The position numbers were made by a program, and so were the translations under genes. The notes under the pieces were generated by a model, which worked only from the letters and a program-made list of their open reading frames with translations, was not told the origin of the DNA and did not search any database. Below are positions 40,437 through 51,479 of a stretch of DNA of 64,000 bases, in pieces; position 1 is the first letter of the stretch; each line of letters begins with the position of its first letter. This stretch comes from Cycas panzhihuaensis (lineage: Eukaryota > Plantae > Cycadophyta): positions 251,293,741 through 251,357,740 of the forward strand of contig CM041465.1 in assembly GCA_023213395.1 (NCBI GenBank). Direction: 5' to 3'.

Positions 40437-43400
40437 TGTTGAAATATGCAATGGAAATCATTCAAGATCATTCAATATTCAAGAACAAATATCAATGAAC
40501 ATAATATGATAGCATTAACTCATAATGAAAGAGATTACATCATAATGTCTCCACATCCATAATAATATCATAATGGAAACCATCTTGACTCAATGTGTTA
40601 TACTCTACCTCAACCACTTATTTATACATCATAAGGGAGTGAGAGTAGTAAGACTTGTGCTACGTGTGGGACAAATGACCTCTAACACAACCAACGACAT
40701 ATAACCTACTTATTGACCAATAACCTAATGACCACTTACATGCACAAATGTGCATTACATACTTAAACGCTTACACATTAAACATTATCTTCCAATACCT
40801 CCCCATAATGTTTAATGTCAAGACGACAAAAAATTGAATTCTAATGACACCATGACACCAAGTACTATGGACTGACTAAAACTGACATATGACTCCACAT
40901 GAGGCATTGTTTTGAATTTACAATGCTTTGATCTTGGAACAGTCTTGAAGACAATGTCTTTACTTTGATCTTCATCTTGATTCCTGCAATGTTGTCCTTG
41001 AAGTAGTCTTCTGGAGTGATCGTCCTTGAACTTGACTTTCTTCATCTTCATGTGCAAGAATGAACCCTTCATCATGCAGAGGGTATAGTAGACCATGGTT
41101 GAACCAACTTGAGCTTGGTGTGGACCTGTTAGATGATCTTGTGTGCACTCATTAAAAACATCTTAGAATTTGAGGTGTATGTCAAGTATGTCTTCAATCA
41201 ATGTTTTAATTTTTACCTGTTTGCTTTTATATTCTTTGATGTATGAGTGATCAACAACTATTGTATCAACATCAAAATATGAGGATAAGGCATTAAAAAA
41301 TGAACTATCATCACTTAAAATATCAACATCCTAAATGTGTTCCTCCTCCCGATTAGTATGTCTACAAACAATTCCTTCAATCTTTGGAGCAAAGTCTTTA
41401 TCTTCTTGAGAGCAATTCAAGTTAGATCCAATAGTCAAATCAAGAATTGTGTTTGTATCAATTTTATCTTCAGCAAAGCAATCAGATTTAGATTTATCCT
41501 CCCCTGAAGCAATAGATTCATTTAAGAAGATTTCTATTGCTCGATTACCTTCATTAATGGGCAAATCATCAACGTCATCATTCTTAACAATCTCAACAAC
41601 ACATTCAAGAGTAGTTCCATCGACTTTATGAGTCTCTTCATATATTTTATCATCTAAATCATCTTCTTTATTTGAGTTACAACTGTCAATAGTTTTGTTT
41701 GTCCTTTCAAGAGCCTCTTGCACCTCTTGAGGGCTCTTTTCATATACATCCTTCAACAGATTCCATGTCTCGTTAGTAGTGCTAGTATCATGAATTGCAT
41801 GAACAAGGAATTGATATGAAGAGGGAAGATTCTCTTTGTCCAACATTGCAATTATAACATCAATTATTAATCGGTTCTTTTTAAAACTTTCCTTCCCTTC
41901 TTCATTAATCAATGTAGTACCATCAAGAATAATTTTCCATAACCCTTTAGCCTTAAATATGCATTCCATTTTAATTGCCCAAAACCAAAAATTTGTTCTC
42001 ATATACTTGGATAAACGGAAAAGATGATCTGTCAACCAGTATTCATTTCTTTCAGGCACAAAAACTATGACATCACTCAACTCCATGATGTATGAATGAG
42101 CTGATCAAAAGTATATTATGTTAAATTCATGCATCCACTTGAACTTGAAAAAAGTTTGTCAAATCAGTAGAAAAAGACCTCAAATCACATATCAAAACGT
42201 CTATCTTTGAAATATGGTTCCAACGCCTTAGATGATTTGGAAAACGGATGCCTGGATGGAAAGATATAAAGCAAAAAGTGCAGACACCTTTTTATAACGA
42301 ACAATTTTGTGTCATTAGGAGATTAACCCCTTTGGATGATAAACAATCGGTCACATTTAGACTTCATATGAACAAGGGCTTAATGGTAAGGGGGTTAACG
42401 GATCTCAATCCACGTTTCAATCTAGTTTAATCTAAATTTCACTTTGCAAAAAATAAATTAAAATTGCCTTATTTTTTCCTCATGTCCGCAGACTTCAAAA
42501 AATTTCCAATGTAATTAAATTTAGTTTGAAACTTGAAAAAATAAGAACCTTTCCCTGCAAAATATCTTACTCGTGGCATGATTCAATATAGGGATTCTCT
42601 GCCCCTGTTCAGTGCAACTATTCGCCCTTCTTTGACCACAGAGGGATTTTACAAACATTACAGATTGGAGATCTGCAATCATCGCGTTCGTCTACGTGGT
42701 GACTCTGAGGTGTCTGCGTCTGCCAATTCACATAGACTCTCAGCCACCTCCTGCTGCTCATGGGAGAATTCAACAATGCTTCGGGAGGTTCCTGCTCTGT
42801 CTAACCCCTGCTCAGGATGTGGCCTTCTCGCCCAATGGCTACAGATCTGAACTGGCTACCTTTTGAACATACGTAGTAGTACACAGTCGCTAATAATGCC
42901 CACTCAGGATTTCAGAAGAGATCCCAACAAACTTTGATCAAGGAATGCCTCTAGTTTCTTTAATGAAATACTCTCTCTCAAGGGCCCTAGTCTCTCACGC
43001 AGGTGACTCTGAGGGTTTTGTCTCATGTAAGTGACTCAGTGCTGTTTGTGGACTCTGTCTCTCCCCTCAGACTGGGGTTTGCTCTCGACAGCAATCATTG
43101 TACGTACAAAGAGCTACTAACAGACAACTTTCATATGTCATCTACAATAGGGGTGGCTAATTCTGTAATTCTTGTTCTATCATTGACGATAGGGGTGTCC
43201 TTTTCTTCGAAATTTTATATATCTCAAACTCTGAAGTATATTGACATACGAAGTTAAACGTCTCCTCCATTGAAGGCAACTGTTAGAAATTACATCCATT
43301 GGATTTTATTGGAATGCACAGCGCAGTGCCTGACCTGTCTGTATTTACTGGGATTGTTCATCTATCCATCCATCTGAGAGCACTAACAATGTCTAGGCAT

Positions 43401-44862
43401 CCAGTCTTTTACATAAAACAAAGAATGTATAAAGAATAATTATTGTCATCCATAGAGATGTTGCAGATATTGATGTTGATTGAGGGAATCAACCGTCCAT
43501 TCAAACACACACTTGAATATATATTTTGTCCATCAATCATACAACCTCTATTAATGGAAATTGGGAATGCAACATCGCAGGAAGTACTTTTCAAGGTCAG
43601 GCAATCGGTTGTTGAGGTCAAATATGGGCTACCGACAAATTCCCTCCAAAACGCACTGCATGTATACAAAAATGGTCAATAGCAACACTGTCTGCCAAAG
43701 ACTGTGACGTTGCAACGACCGCTCTGCCAAAAAAACCTTACAGTGACTCGTTGATGGCCTAAAAAGGTATAATTGAATCATGATGGATTGACTACAGTCG
43801 TAAAAGGAAAATCAGATTGACAATTTGAAAGGCTTGGCAGGTGAAACAGAAGCGTCAATGGAAGTCTGAATGACACTGAAGTTGGTTGTAAGTACTGGGA
43901 TAGTTGAATGATTTGCTGGTACTGGTTGGCCGTGGACCTGCGTCAATCTTTCCAAACAACTATAACTTTATTCTATAGACAACAATATAATTGGGTGCCA
44001 CTCTTCTTCATAGCAGGAACATCAACAATTGACATGCTATTCTTGATCTATGGTAAGTAATATTCTTATGAATAGTTCTCAATCTAAACAGAATAGTTAT
44101 ATGAGATCTCTTTTCAACTATAGTCAAGATTTTACCATAAACTCTATGCATATAGCGTTTATTTATGGCAAAAATTTTCAGAGAGATAAATTGACAATTG
44201 ACTTCAATTTCTTCACCAAACAAATCCTCAACAATTTCCAATACAATAGTTACAAATTCTTCACCGTACAAATAGAATTCAATGGCTAACAAATCTAGAT
44301 TTATTTATATGTCACCATAAATTTTCAACAGGTTAAACCCTAATACAAAAGGTGAATAATATTACTCGGTAATAAATCTTCAATCCTAGTTACTAAATTG
44401 GCACAATTCGTAAACGACTCTACAGGGCCACCTCCACACATCTCAATAACTCGGTGAACTTGCACAACGATAAATTGGGCAAGCAACCTGCTTTGATACC
44501 ATGTTGAAATATGTAATGGAAATCATTCAAGATCATTCAATATTCAAGAACAAATATCAATGAACGTAATATGATAGCATTAACTCATAATGAAAGAGAT
44601 TACATCACGATGTCTCCACATCCACAATAATATCATAATGGACTCCATCTTGACTCAATGTGTTATACTCTACCTCAACCACTTATAAATACATCATAAG
44701 GGAGAAAGAGTAGTAAGACTTGTGTTACATGCGAGACAAATGACCTCTAACACAACCGATGACATATAACCTACTTATTGAGCAATAACCTAATGACCAC
44801 TTACTTGCACAAATGGGCATTACATACTTAGACACTTACACATTAAACATTATCTTCCAACA
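40437..44862 (-). mobile_element. Gag-only non-autonomous LTR element (TR-GAG-like) nested in the Copia; 361-bp LTRs at 40437-40797 and 44502-44862
   Basis: Highly similar LTRs, PBS complement at 44490-44501, PPT complement CCTCCCC at 40798, perfect TSD TCTTT at 40432-40436 and 44863-44867, no pol motifs. Confidence 0.9.
41331..42086 (-). CDS. Copia-type Gag N-terminal domain with an acidic extension, 251 aa
   Basis: TNFWFWAIKMECIFKAKGLWKIILDG and TWNLLKDVY match Copia gag motifs (NY..W...M...L....LW; AW..L...Y). Confidence 0.75.
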   Translation of the reverse strand: MELSDVIVFVPERNEYWLTDHLFRLSKYMRTNFWFWAIKMECIFKAKGLWKIILDGTTLINEEGKESFKKNRLIIDVIIAMLDKENLPSSYQFLVHAIHDTSTTNETWNLLKDVYEKSPQEVQEALERTNKTIDSCNSNKEDDLDDKIYEETHKVDGTTLECVVEIVKNDDVDDLPINEGNRAIEIFLNESIASGEDKSKSDCFAEDKIDTNTILDLTIGSNLNCSQEDKDFAPKIEGIVCRHTNREEEHI

Positions 44863-47800
44863 TCTTTGGAGGTCTTCCTTCTTCTGAAGAATCTTGACTT
44901 GAAGGAGAACTTTGCTGACCACTTGGACTTGCCTGATCTAAAGGAGTACTTGGTTGACTACTTGGACTTGCCTGACCATTTGATGAATCACTTTCAAAAG
45001 TAATTCTAGAAATTCCTTCTGTAGGGATAGGAGTAAAGATAGGCATGGATTCAATTTCTAAATTACTCCTTTCTATTTGCCCAACACTTTTACTCCTTTC
45101 TATTTGCTCAACACTTTCATTGAAAACAACATCTCTGCTAACATAGATCTTATTTGTCTTGGGATCTATGCATCTATAAGCTTTTGATCTATTGTTGTAC
45201 CCAGCCATTATATATTGTATACTTTTACAATCAAGCTTGGACCTTTTCTTATCTAGAATATGGACATATGCTTTGCAACCAAAAACTTTGAGATTACTTA
45301 CATTTGGCTTTTTGCTTGTCCATGCTTCTTCTGGTATCATTCTGTATAAGGCTTGAGTATAATATATCCTAAAGTATTGATTGCTTCCGCCTAGTATGTC
45401 TTGGAGACTTCTCTGTCTTGAATTAGACATCGAGTCATTTCCATAATTGTCCTGTTCATTCATTTAGCAACACCATTTGACTAAGGAGTATATATCGTTG
45501 TAACTTGTCTTTTGATTCCATGATTTTTACAAAAGTGATCAAATTCTTTAGATATGTATTCTCCTTCTCCATTAGATTGAATACACTTAATTTTGCATTC
45601 ATTTTATAATTCAATTCAATTTCAGCCTTAAATTCTTTAAAACAATCAAGTGTTTCATATTTGCTGCAGAGAAGATATATCTAAGTTTTTCTTGAAAAAT
45701 GATCAATGAAAGTGAGAAAATATCATGCTCTATCAATAGAATTTGGAGTGATTGGACCACAGAGATCTGTATGAACTAATTTTAACACTTTTTTAGCATG
45801 CCATGAACTTGATTGAAATGGAGCTCTGTGTTGTTTTTCCATCATATAACTCTTGCAAACAAAAGGATTGAAATGAACAGTTGGTAAGCCATCAACCATG
45901 TTAGAATTTTTTAATAATTCTAATCTGTCTTTTGAAATGTGCCCATACTTCAAATGCCAAATTTCATTATTGTCAGTGCTAGAAGCAAAAAAAGAGATTT
46001 CATTGGTTTTGGGCATAAATGGAGTACTGTCAGTGCTAGAAGCAACAAAAGAGATTTCATTGGTTTTGGGCATAACTGGAGTAGAAATCAACTTATATAA
46101 GTTGTTATTTTCTATCCCTTCTACAATTATAATGCATCCTTTTTTCATGTCCAGAATAAGACAACGTCCATTCTCATCAAAAATAGTTCTCAGTTTCTTT
46201 TTCCTTAACTGAGCTATTGATAATAGGTTTTTCTTCATATTAAGAACAAATAGAACATTTTCTATTTTCAAAATTTGTCCATAAATTTCTAAAATAATTG
46301 TTCCAATTCCTTCAATACGAAGTCGATAACTGTCTCCTAACATAACAGACTTATTCAATGAATATGGTTTTAAAGATTCAAACGACTCTTTTCCTCCTAT
46401 CATATGATTTGTGCCTCCTAAATCAATATACCAATCATCCTCTAAATTGAGACTTGAAGATAAGGCAACAATGAAGGTTGTTTTTTCTTCATTTTGTTCT
46501 AAATTTTCCTCTTTGCTATAGTTCTCGGCTACTCTCATCCCTCTCAGGATTTTCATTTGTCTTTAAGGACACTAATATGGATAATGACCTAATAACTCAC
46601 AATGATAGCAGACATGAAAAATACAACACCTATTTAAGAAGTGTCCTAGTCTTCTACAGTTGAAGCAAACTTGCCATCTTCCCCTAGAAGCCATTTCAAA
46701 TCTTCTGTTTCTGATTAATGATAGATCGTCCTCCAAATTTTTAGAATTCATACTAATTCTAAAAGTTGCTTCTAAGGCTTTTAGATCTTCAATTCTAGGT
46801 CTCTCAACTATTTCCTCTGAGGATATTCAATGTAATCACCATCTAAGACTTGGTCTTTCAATAATTACTTCCAAAGTTAACCTTATAGTTGTGCTAGATA
46901 ATAGAATTCCAAAAAATTTCAGAATTCTTCAGTGATGGAGATAGACATACAATAGATCTATTTCCTCCTAAAAATTTCAGAATTTTACAGTAATGAAGAC
47001 GGACATATGAACTAAGGAAGATATTATTTCAGCATGCAATACGCAGCTTAGACTTGGATTAGCTTCAGCTAGGGAAGACTTTTTCTCACAAACTAGTATG
47101 TAGTACTCAGCTTCTTTATCAACAGATATATCTTATTTTGCCTTAGCACGAATAGAATGTTTAACCAACAGGTTATACTCAGCCTAATGGTAGATTATTA
47201 TTGAACAAGACAACACTTCTTTACTACAGATTTTATGACATAAAACATTTAGGACAACACCTTTTAGTGCGGATTTTATGACTTAACCAGTAAATTTTAC
47301 CAATAGATAACAACCTTTTTATCACAAATATTATGAATTTAAAAATAAACAAAAACATACCAAGAAACCTCAACTAAAGTATAGGCTTCAATTCGGCTTG
47401 AAATTTAGATTCAGGATGATCCTCTCAGGGTAGTTGTAGGAAATGTGAGACTCAGCTGACTTTAGGACAGATCTGGTCTCTTCTACTCTTTTGGCAAACT
47501 CAACTACTAGTACAGACAGCAGGACAGAATTAGGACCTTCAGAAAACCTGTTCTGATACCATGTAAACAATTTCATACTTTGTACATTGTTGTAGAATAT
47601 TAGAAAAGAGAAAATGTTGCTATATTTTAGAACCGAAAATGAGAGGAGAAATCTCCTCCTTCATTAACCAAAAATGAGGTACAAAAGAGATTTATATAGT
47701 ACATAAATGAGGCCAAGGTTTTGGCCGACTTGAGGAGGTATAATCGACTAAATATTGAGACTAACTTATACAAAAACAAATATTATCTAACATACATATT

Positions 47801-48268
47801 ATGTAATATACTAAGGCCAACTTTGATAGAATGAGGCCAACCTTAATAGATAAGACATTATTTTTAACACCCACACACGATGCTAACATAACATGACGAT
47901 AACATGTACTTACTATTAGTGCTATGACTTGGTTACATGCCTTAGAGTTCCCAGATTGCCCAAAGGAACTCCCTCCTAACGTAGAAACTAGTATATATAC
48001 AACAAAACTACCAAGTAGTTGCATAACTAACTAATTGTTAGTTCCACGATGGACACTCAAATTCTGCAGTTCACCTATAGCTACTAAGCAGGATTTGTAG
48101 TGTCCACCTATTTAAAAGATGCAAATATAAGATCTAACATCTTTTTGGCCTCCTCAAAAGAATGTATGAGTATATAATTTACAAAATTTGCAAGGAAATA
48201 TAAAGATTTTTAAACAACTTCAATTCTTTTCTACTCCCCTTTCCCCTCGACTTGTGGCACGTGAATCT

Positions 48269-50054
48269 TTAATGTAGGTTGCACCTCAATTTTTTGGTAC
48301 CTTCCTCGGATGGAACTAGAATTGAGTCTATAGTTACAACGTCTAGACTAATGGCTTTTGCAGTCATCACCTCACATTGCCCTACATCCCCATCAACGAT
48401 TGTTGTGTCTCCCACTTTCTGTGGCATGTCTTGTAGAACCTCCAACTCCCCTTCCATCTCAATGATTGTTGTGTCTCCCACTTCTGTGGCATGTCTTGTA
48501 GAACCTCCAACTCCACTCCCATCTCAATGACTATGTTCCCTTCAACCTCCTAGGGGAATTTGGTCGAGTCTCCTCCATGATGCTCAATTCAGTATGCTAG
48601 CTAGGTAGTGTAGTCGCTTCCAACTCTTGGTCTTCATAGTATTTTGGTTTGGTTCATGCCTCCTCAAGTGCGGTTATCTTTTGACTCAATTGTAACTCTA
48701 AGTCATAGATCTAGTCATTTTGTGCATTGACCTGCACTTGTAGATCCTAAATTTCAATCTCGGCCGTAACAATTTGTAATTTTAGGCCATCTAGCCAAAC
48801 TTACGCAGTCTATTGTGTTACTTGGATAGAGTTTTCTTTGGATTCCAACCAATCAAGTAAGTGCTCTGTGATGCACTGCTTCAACTCCAATGTGACTTGG
48901 GCATCCTTCATGAAGCTATTTCTTAGTCTTTTAGCCTCCTTGAGCCAGTATACTAGTTTTGAGTGCAATTGGAGTGAAGAAAAGGATTGCATTAGGCCAC
49001 TAGCAACATTAACCCTACTTTGCAATTGATAGGGGTCATCATCTAGTTTGCACTTAGCCTTTGCCCTGGTGGCAATTGATGATGTGGCTGTAGATGCATG
49101 CTCTGCCCCATCTAGACCTAGTGTCAAGTGCAATGTCTACAACATCGATGTATCATTCTTGGGTTCAATTTCTTTACTAAATTGTTGTCAAGTGGTGAGT
49201 TGCAGTACAAATTTACCATTCAACTTCTCCAAAGATGTATTCAAAGTAGCCATAGCATTGCATGAAGGCTTCACGTCACATCCATAACCAACCCACTATA
49301 GAACTTGTGGATCAATATCATCAATAACTTTGTAGGACAAATTCTGGGGCATAAACTTATCGAATACTAGGGCCATCAAAGGGTAAAGGCAATACAAGGA
49401 TTTCTTCCAATGTTGAAGGGCCTTTGTGATTTGACGAATAATTGTAGCTTCCATAAAAAGATCCCACCTATACACTACACCCTGCAACACCTAGGAGGCA
49501 ATGTGGACCATATGAAAATGAATTTGGGCTATGTCACCACTGCCCATTAGCCATTCAGTGAGCAGTTTTGCAACTACTCATAGGTCAGGGTCTTTATATT
49601 TATCAATAAGAATGCTATGATTGTTATAAAACTTGTTAGGATCATAAAAGCAAAATTTTCTTACCAATTGAGCCCTTGGCATCTTACCTATCAGGTGTTG
49701 CTCCATCTTCAAAGAATTCAATTTGCCTGTTGTGGGCAAGTCGAAAAATCGAGCAAGTCTGGAGGCTTCCACTTTAATAATGTTGTCCTTGTATACAAAT
49801 CCTTTGTCTTTTTCGCCATAGCTTTGGAGCATCTTCTCCAACAACTTGAAAGAAAACTGCAATGTAGGTGTCCTAACAAAATCTACTAGCTTCACCATCT
49901 TGAAATATTTTCTAACTGTATGATCATAAGGTAATTCATCCCACAACTGCTTTAGCCCCGAATCTGAGCATTCATGCATAATGAATGGTTGCAGTAGTTG
50001 CTTAGGATGCAACTGTCCGGCCTCTTCGACAATTGTTGTTGCAATGTCTACCAT
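48269..50054 (-). pseudogene. Extra ORF downstream of integrase, ~600 codons, interrupted, unknown function
   Basis: ORF pieces 49578-50054, 49296-49490 and 48810-49133 share one frame and are separated by TAG/TGA stops. The C-terminus looks coiled-coil and acidic. Confidence 0.7.
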
Positions 50055-50170
50055 GGTTTGAAGCTTATTGAACTACTTTTCCAGTTCCACTTCCTGTGAA
50101 TTGTTAGTCACTTGCTTCATTGAACTTGTAGAATGAAATAGGGGTCAAAAATTTCAGTTTTAAATCTTTA

Positions 50171-50310
50171 ACCATTTTTGTAGAACTCACACCTTCATCC
50201 ATGTTGATGAAGAGTGGTTTATGGATTCATGATTCCACCATTTTTGTAGAACTCACACCTTCATCCATGTTGATGAAGAGTGGTTTATGGATTCATGATT
50301 CCACCATTTT
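50171..50310. repeat. Perfect 66-bp tandem duplication
   Basis: ACCATTTTTGTAGAACTCACACC...GATTCC at 50171 and 50237. Confidence 0.95.
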
Positions 50311-51479
50311 CAATGCTCATTAAATGTGTTATTTTTCATGATGACATTCTCGAAAAACTATCGAAAAGATGTATGAACCCCTCTCTCGACCCTTTTTTAT
50401 CACGTTCAACATGATCAAAATGTTGTTCATTGTTACCTCAAAAACACAACAAATTACAAATTTTGCAGTGTCAACATTGACCACTCTACCACTGTGGTAC
50501 ATCATACCGCCTCCTTTACACAATTTGTGGTACATCATACCACACTCCAATACACAATTACATTCTCAAGACAATTCTCTCAAATCAACAACTAGACTTC
50601 AACAATCAACAACACTACTAACCTATTCAACATACCTCAATTTCTAATCCTATTCATGCTTATAAAACTGCAATGACTAAAATTCATTGGTACCACCAAT
50701 GGCTTACCTCTTAGTTCCTTCAAAAAGACTGCTCCATTGTCCATAACGTTATCAATAATAAAAGGGCCTTGCCACTAGATCTTGAGCTTTCCTGGCCATG
50801 TCTTCAACCTATTGTCATAAAGAAGGACTTGGTCTCGTTCTGCAAGGTCTTTGCGCTTAATCCATCCATCATGCCATGCTTTCTATGTATCCTTCTTCAC
50901 TTTCGTGGCCCATTGGTTGAGCAATCTCATTTCATCTAATCATAATAAATGCTATAGCCTTGCTTCTAATGACTCAGTATGCATCATGTGACAATTGATT
51001 GCAATCTACAAGCTAGGTACTACAAATTCCATTAGGACAACCACCGCAAGACCAAACGCCAATTGAAAAGGTGTGTGTCCTATGGCCTATTTCATTGTTG
51101 TCTGAAAAGCCCGCAATGCTAAGTGTAGTGTTTCTGCCCAATCACTATGGCCAACATTGCATATCTTGGCCAATGCTCTTCAAATTAGACGATTCCGCAA
51201 GTCCATTTTCTCAGGAATAGTAAGGAGTACTTTTCTTGCACATTACCATGAATTTCTCAGTAGATGCTTAATTACCTAATTCATAAAGTGCATGCCTCTA
51301 TCATTGATGATCTCTAAGGAGCACCCAAGTTGGGTAATCACTGGTTCATACAAAAATCAAGCTATGCTCCGTGTAAGATTCTCTCACAGTACTTGAGCTT
51401 CTTATCATTTTGTCGCATAATTTGTAGCTACCAAGATATAGATTGCTCTTGTTTTGCTACTAGATGGGTGCAACCCACT

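Larger units (their letters stand above)
38931..47869 (-). mobile_element. Ty1/Copia (Ivana/Ale-like) deletion derivative; LTRs 38931-39227 and 47562-47869
   Basis: PBS complement at 47550-47561. Motifs WYIDLGGTNHM, WHLKYGH, DLCGP, KVFGCKAYVH, QLDVKSAFLNG and KHIEVHHHFIR...ILTKP. PPT complement at 39228-39235. Confidence 0.93.
47914..51470 (-). mobile_element. 3' part of a non-chromovirus Ty3/Gypsy (Tat-like): integrase, extra ORF, PPT and 3' LTR (47914-48139)
   Basis: Minus-strand YILVATNYATK**EA...FLYE.VIT.LGCSLEIINDRGMHFMN...STPYY...NG at 50.7-51.5 kb. A TATTAG...CTAACA segment adjoins TCTTTTTGGCCTCCTC (PPT complement). Confidence 0.75.

Noticed and set aside
39779-40471. 230-aa ORF start and the C-terminus of the 44843-45463 ORF as real protein ends
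   Set aside because: Both run into LTR sequence of the nested element. They are halves of one pol split by the insertion.
42679-43299. Cryptic 207-codon ORF as a firm CDS call
   Set aside because: Eight internal stops is near random expectation and too many for the element's apparent youth. Kept only as a low-weight finding.
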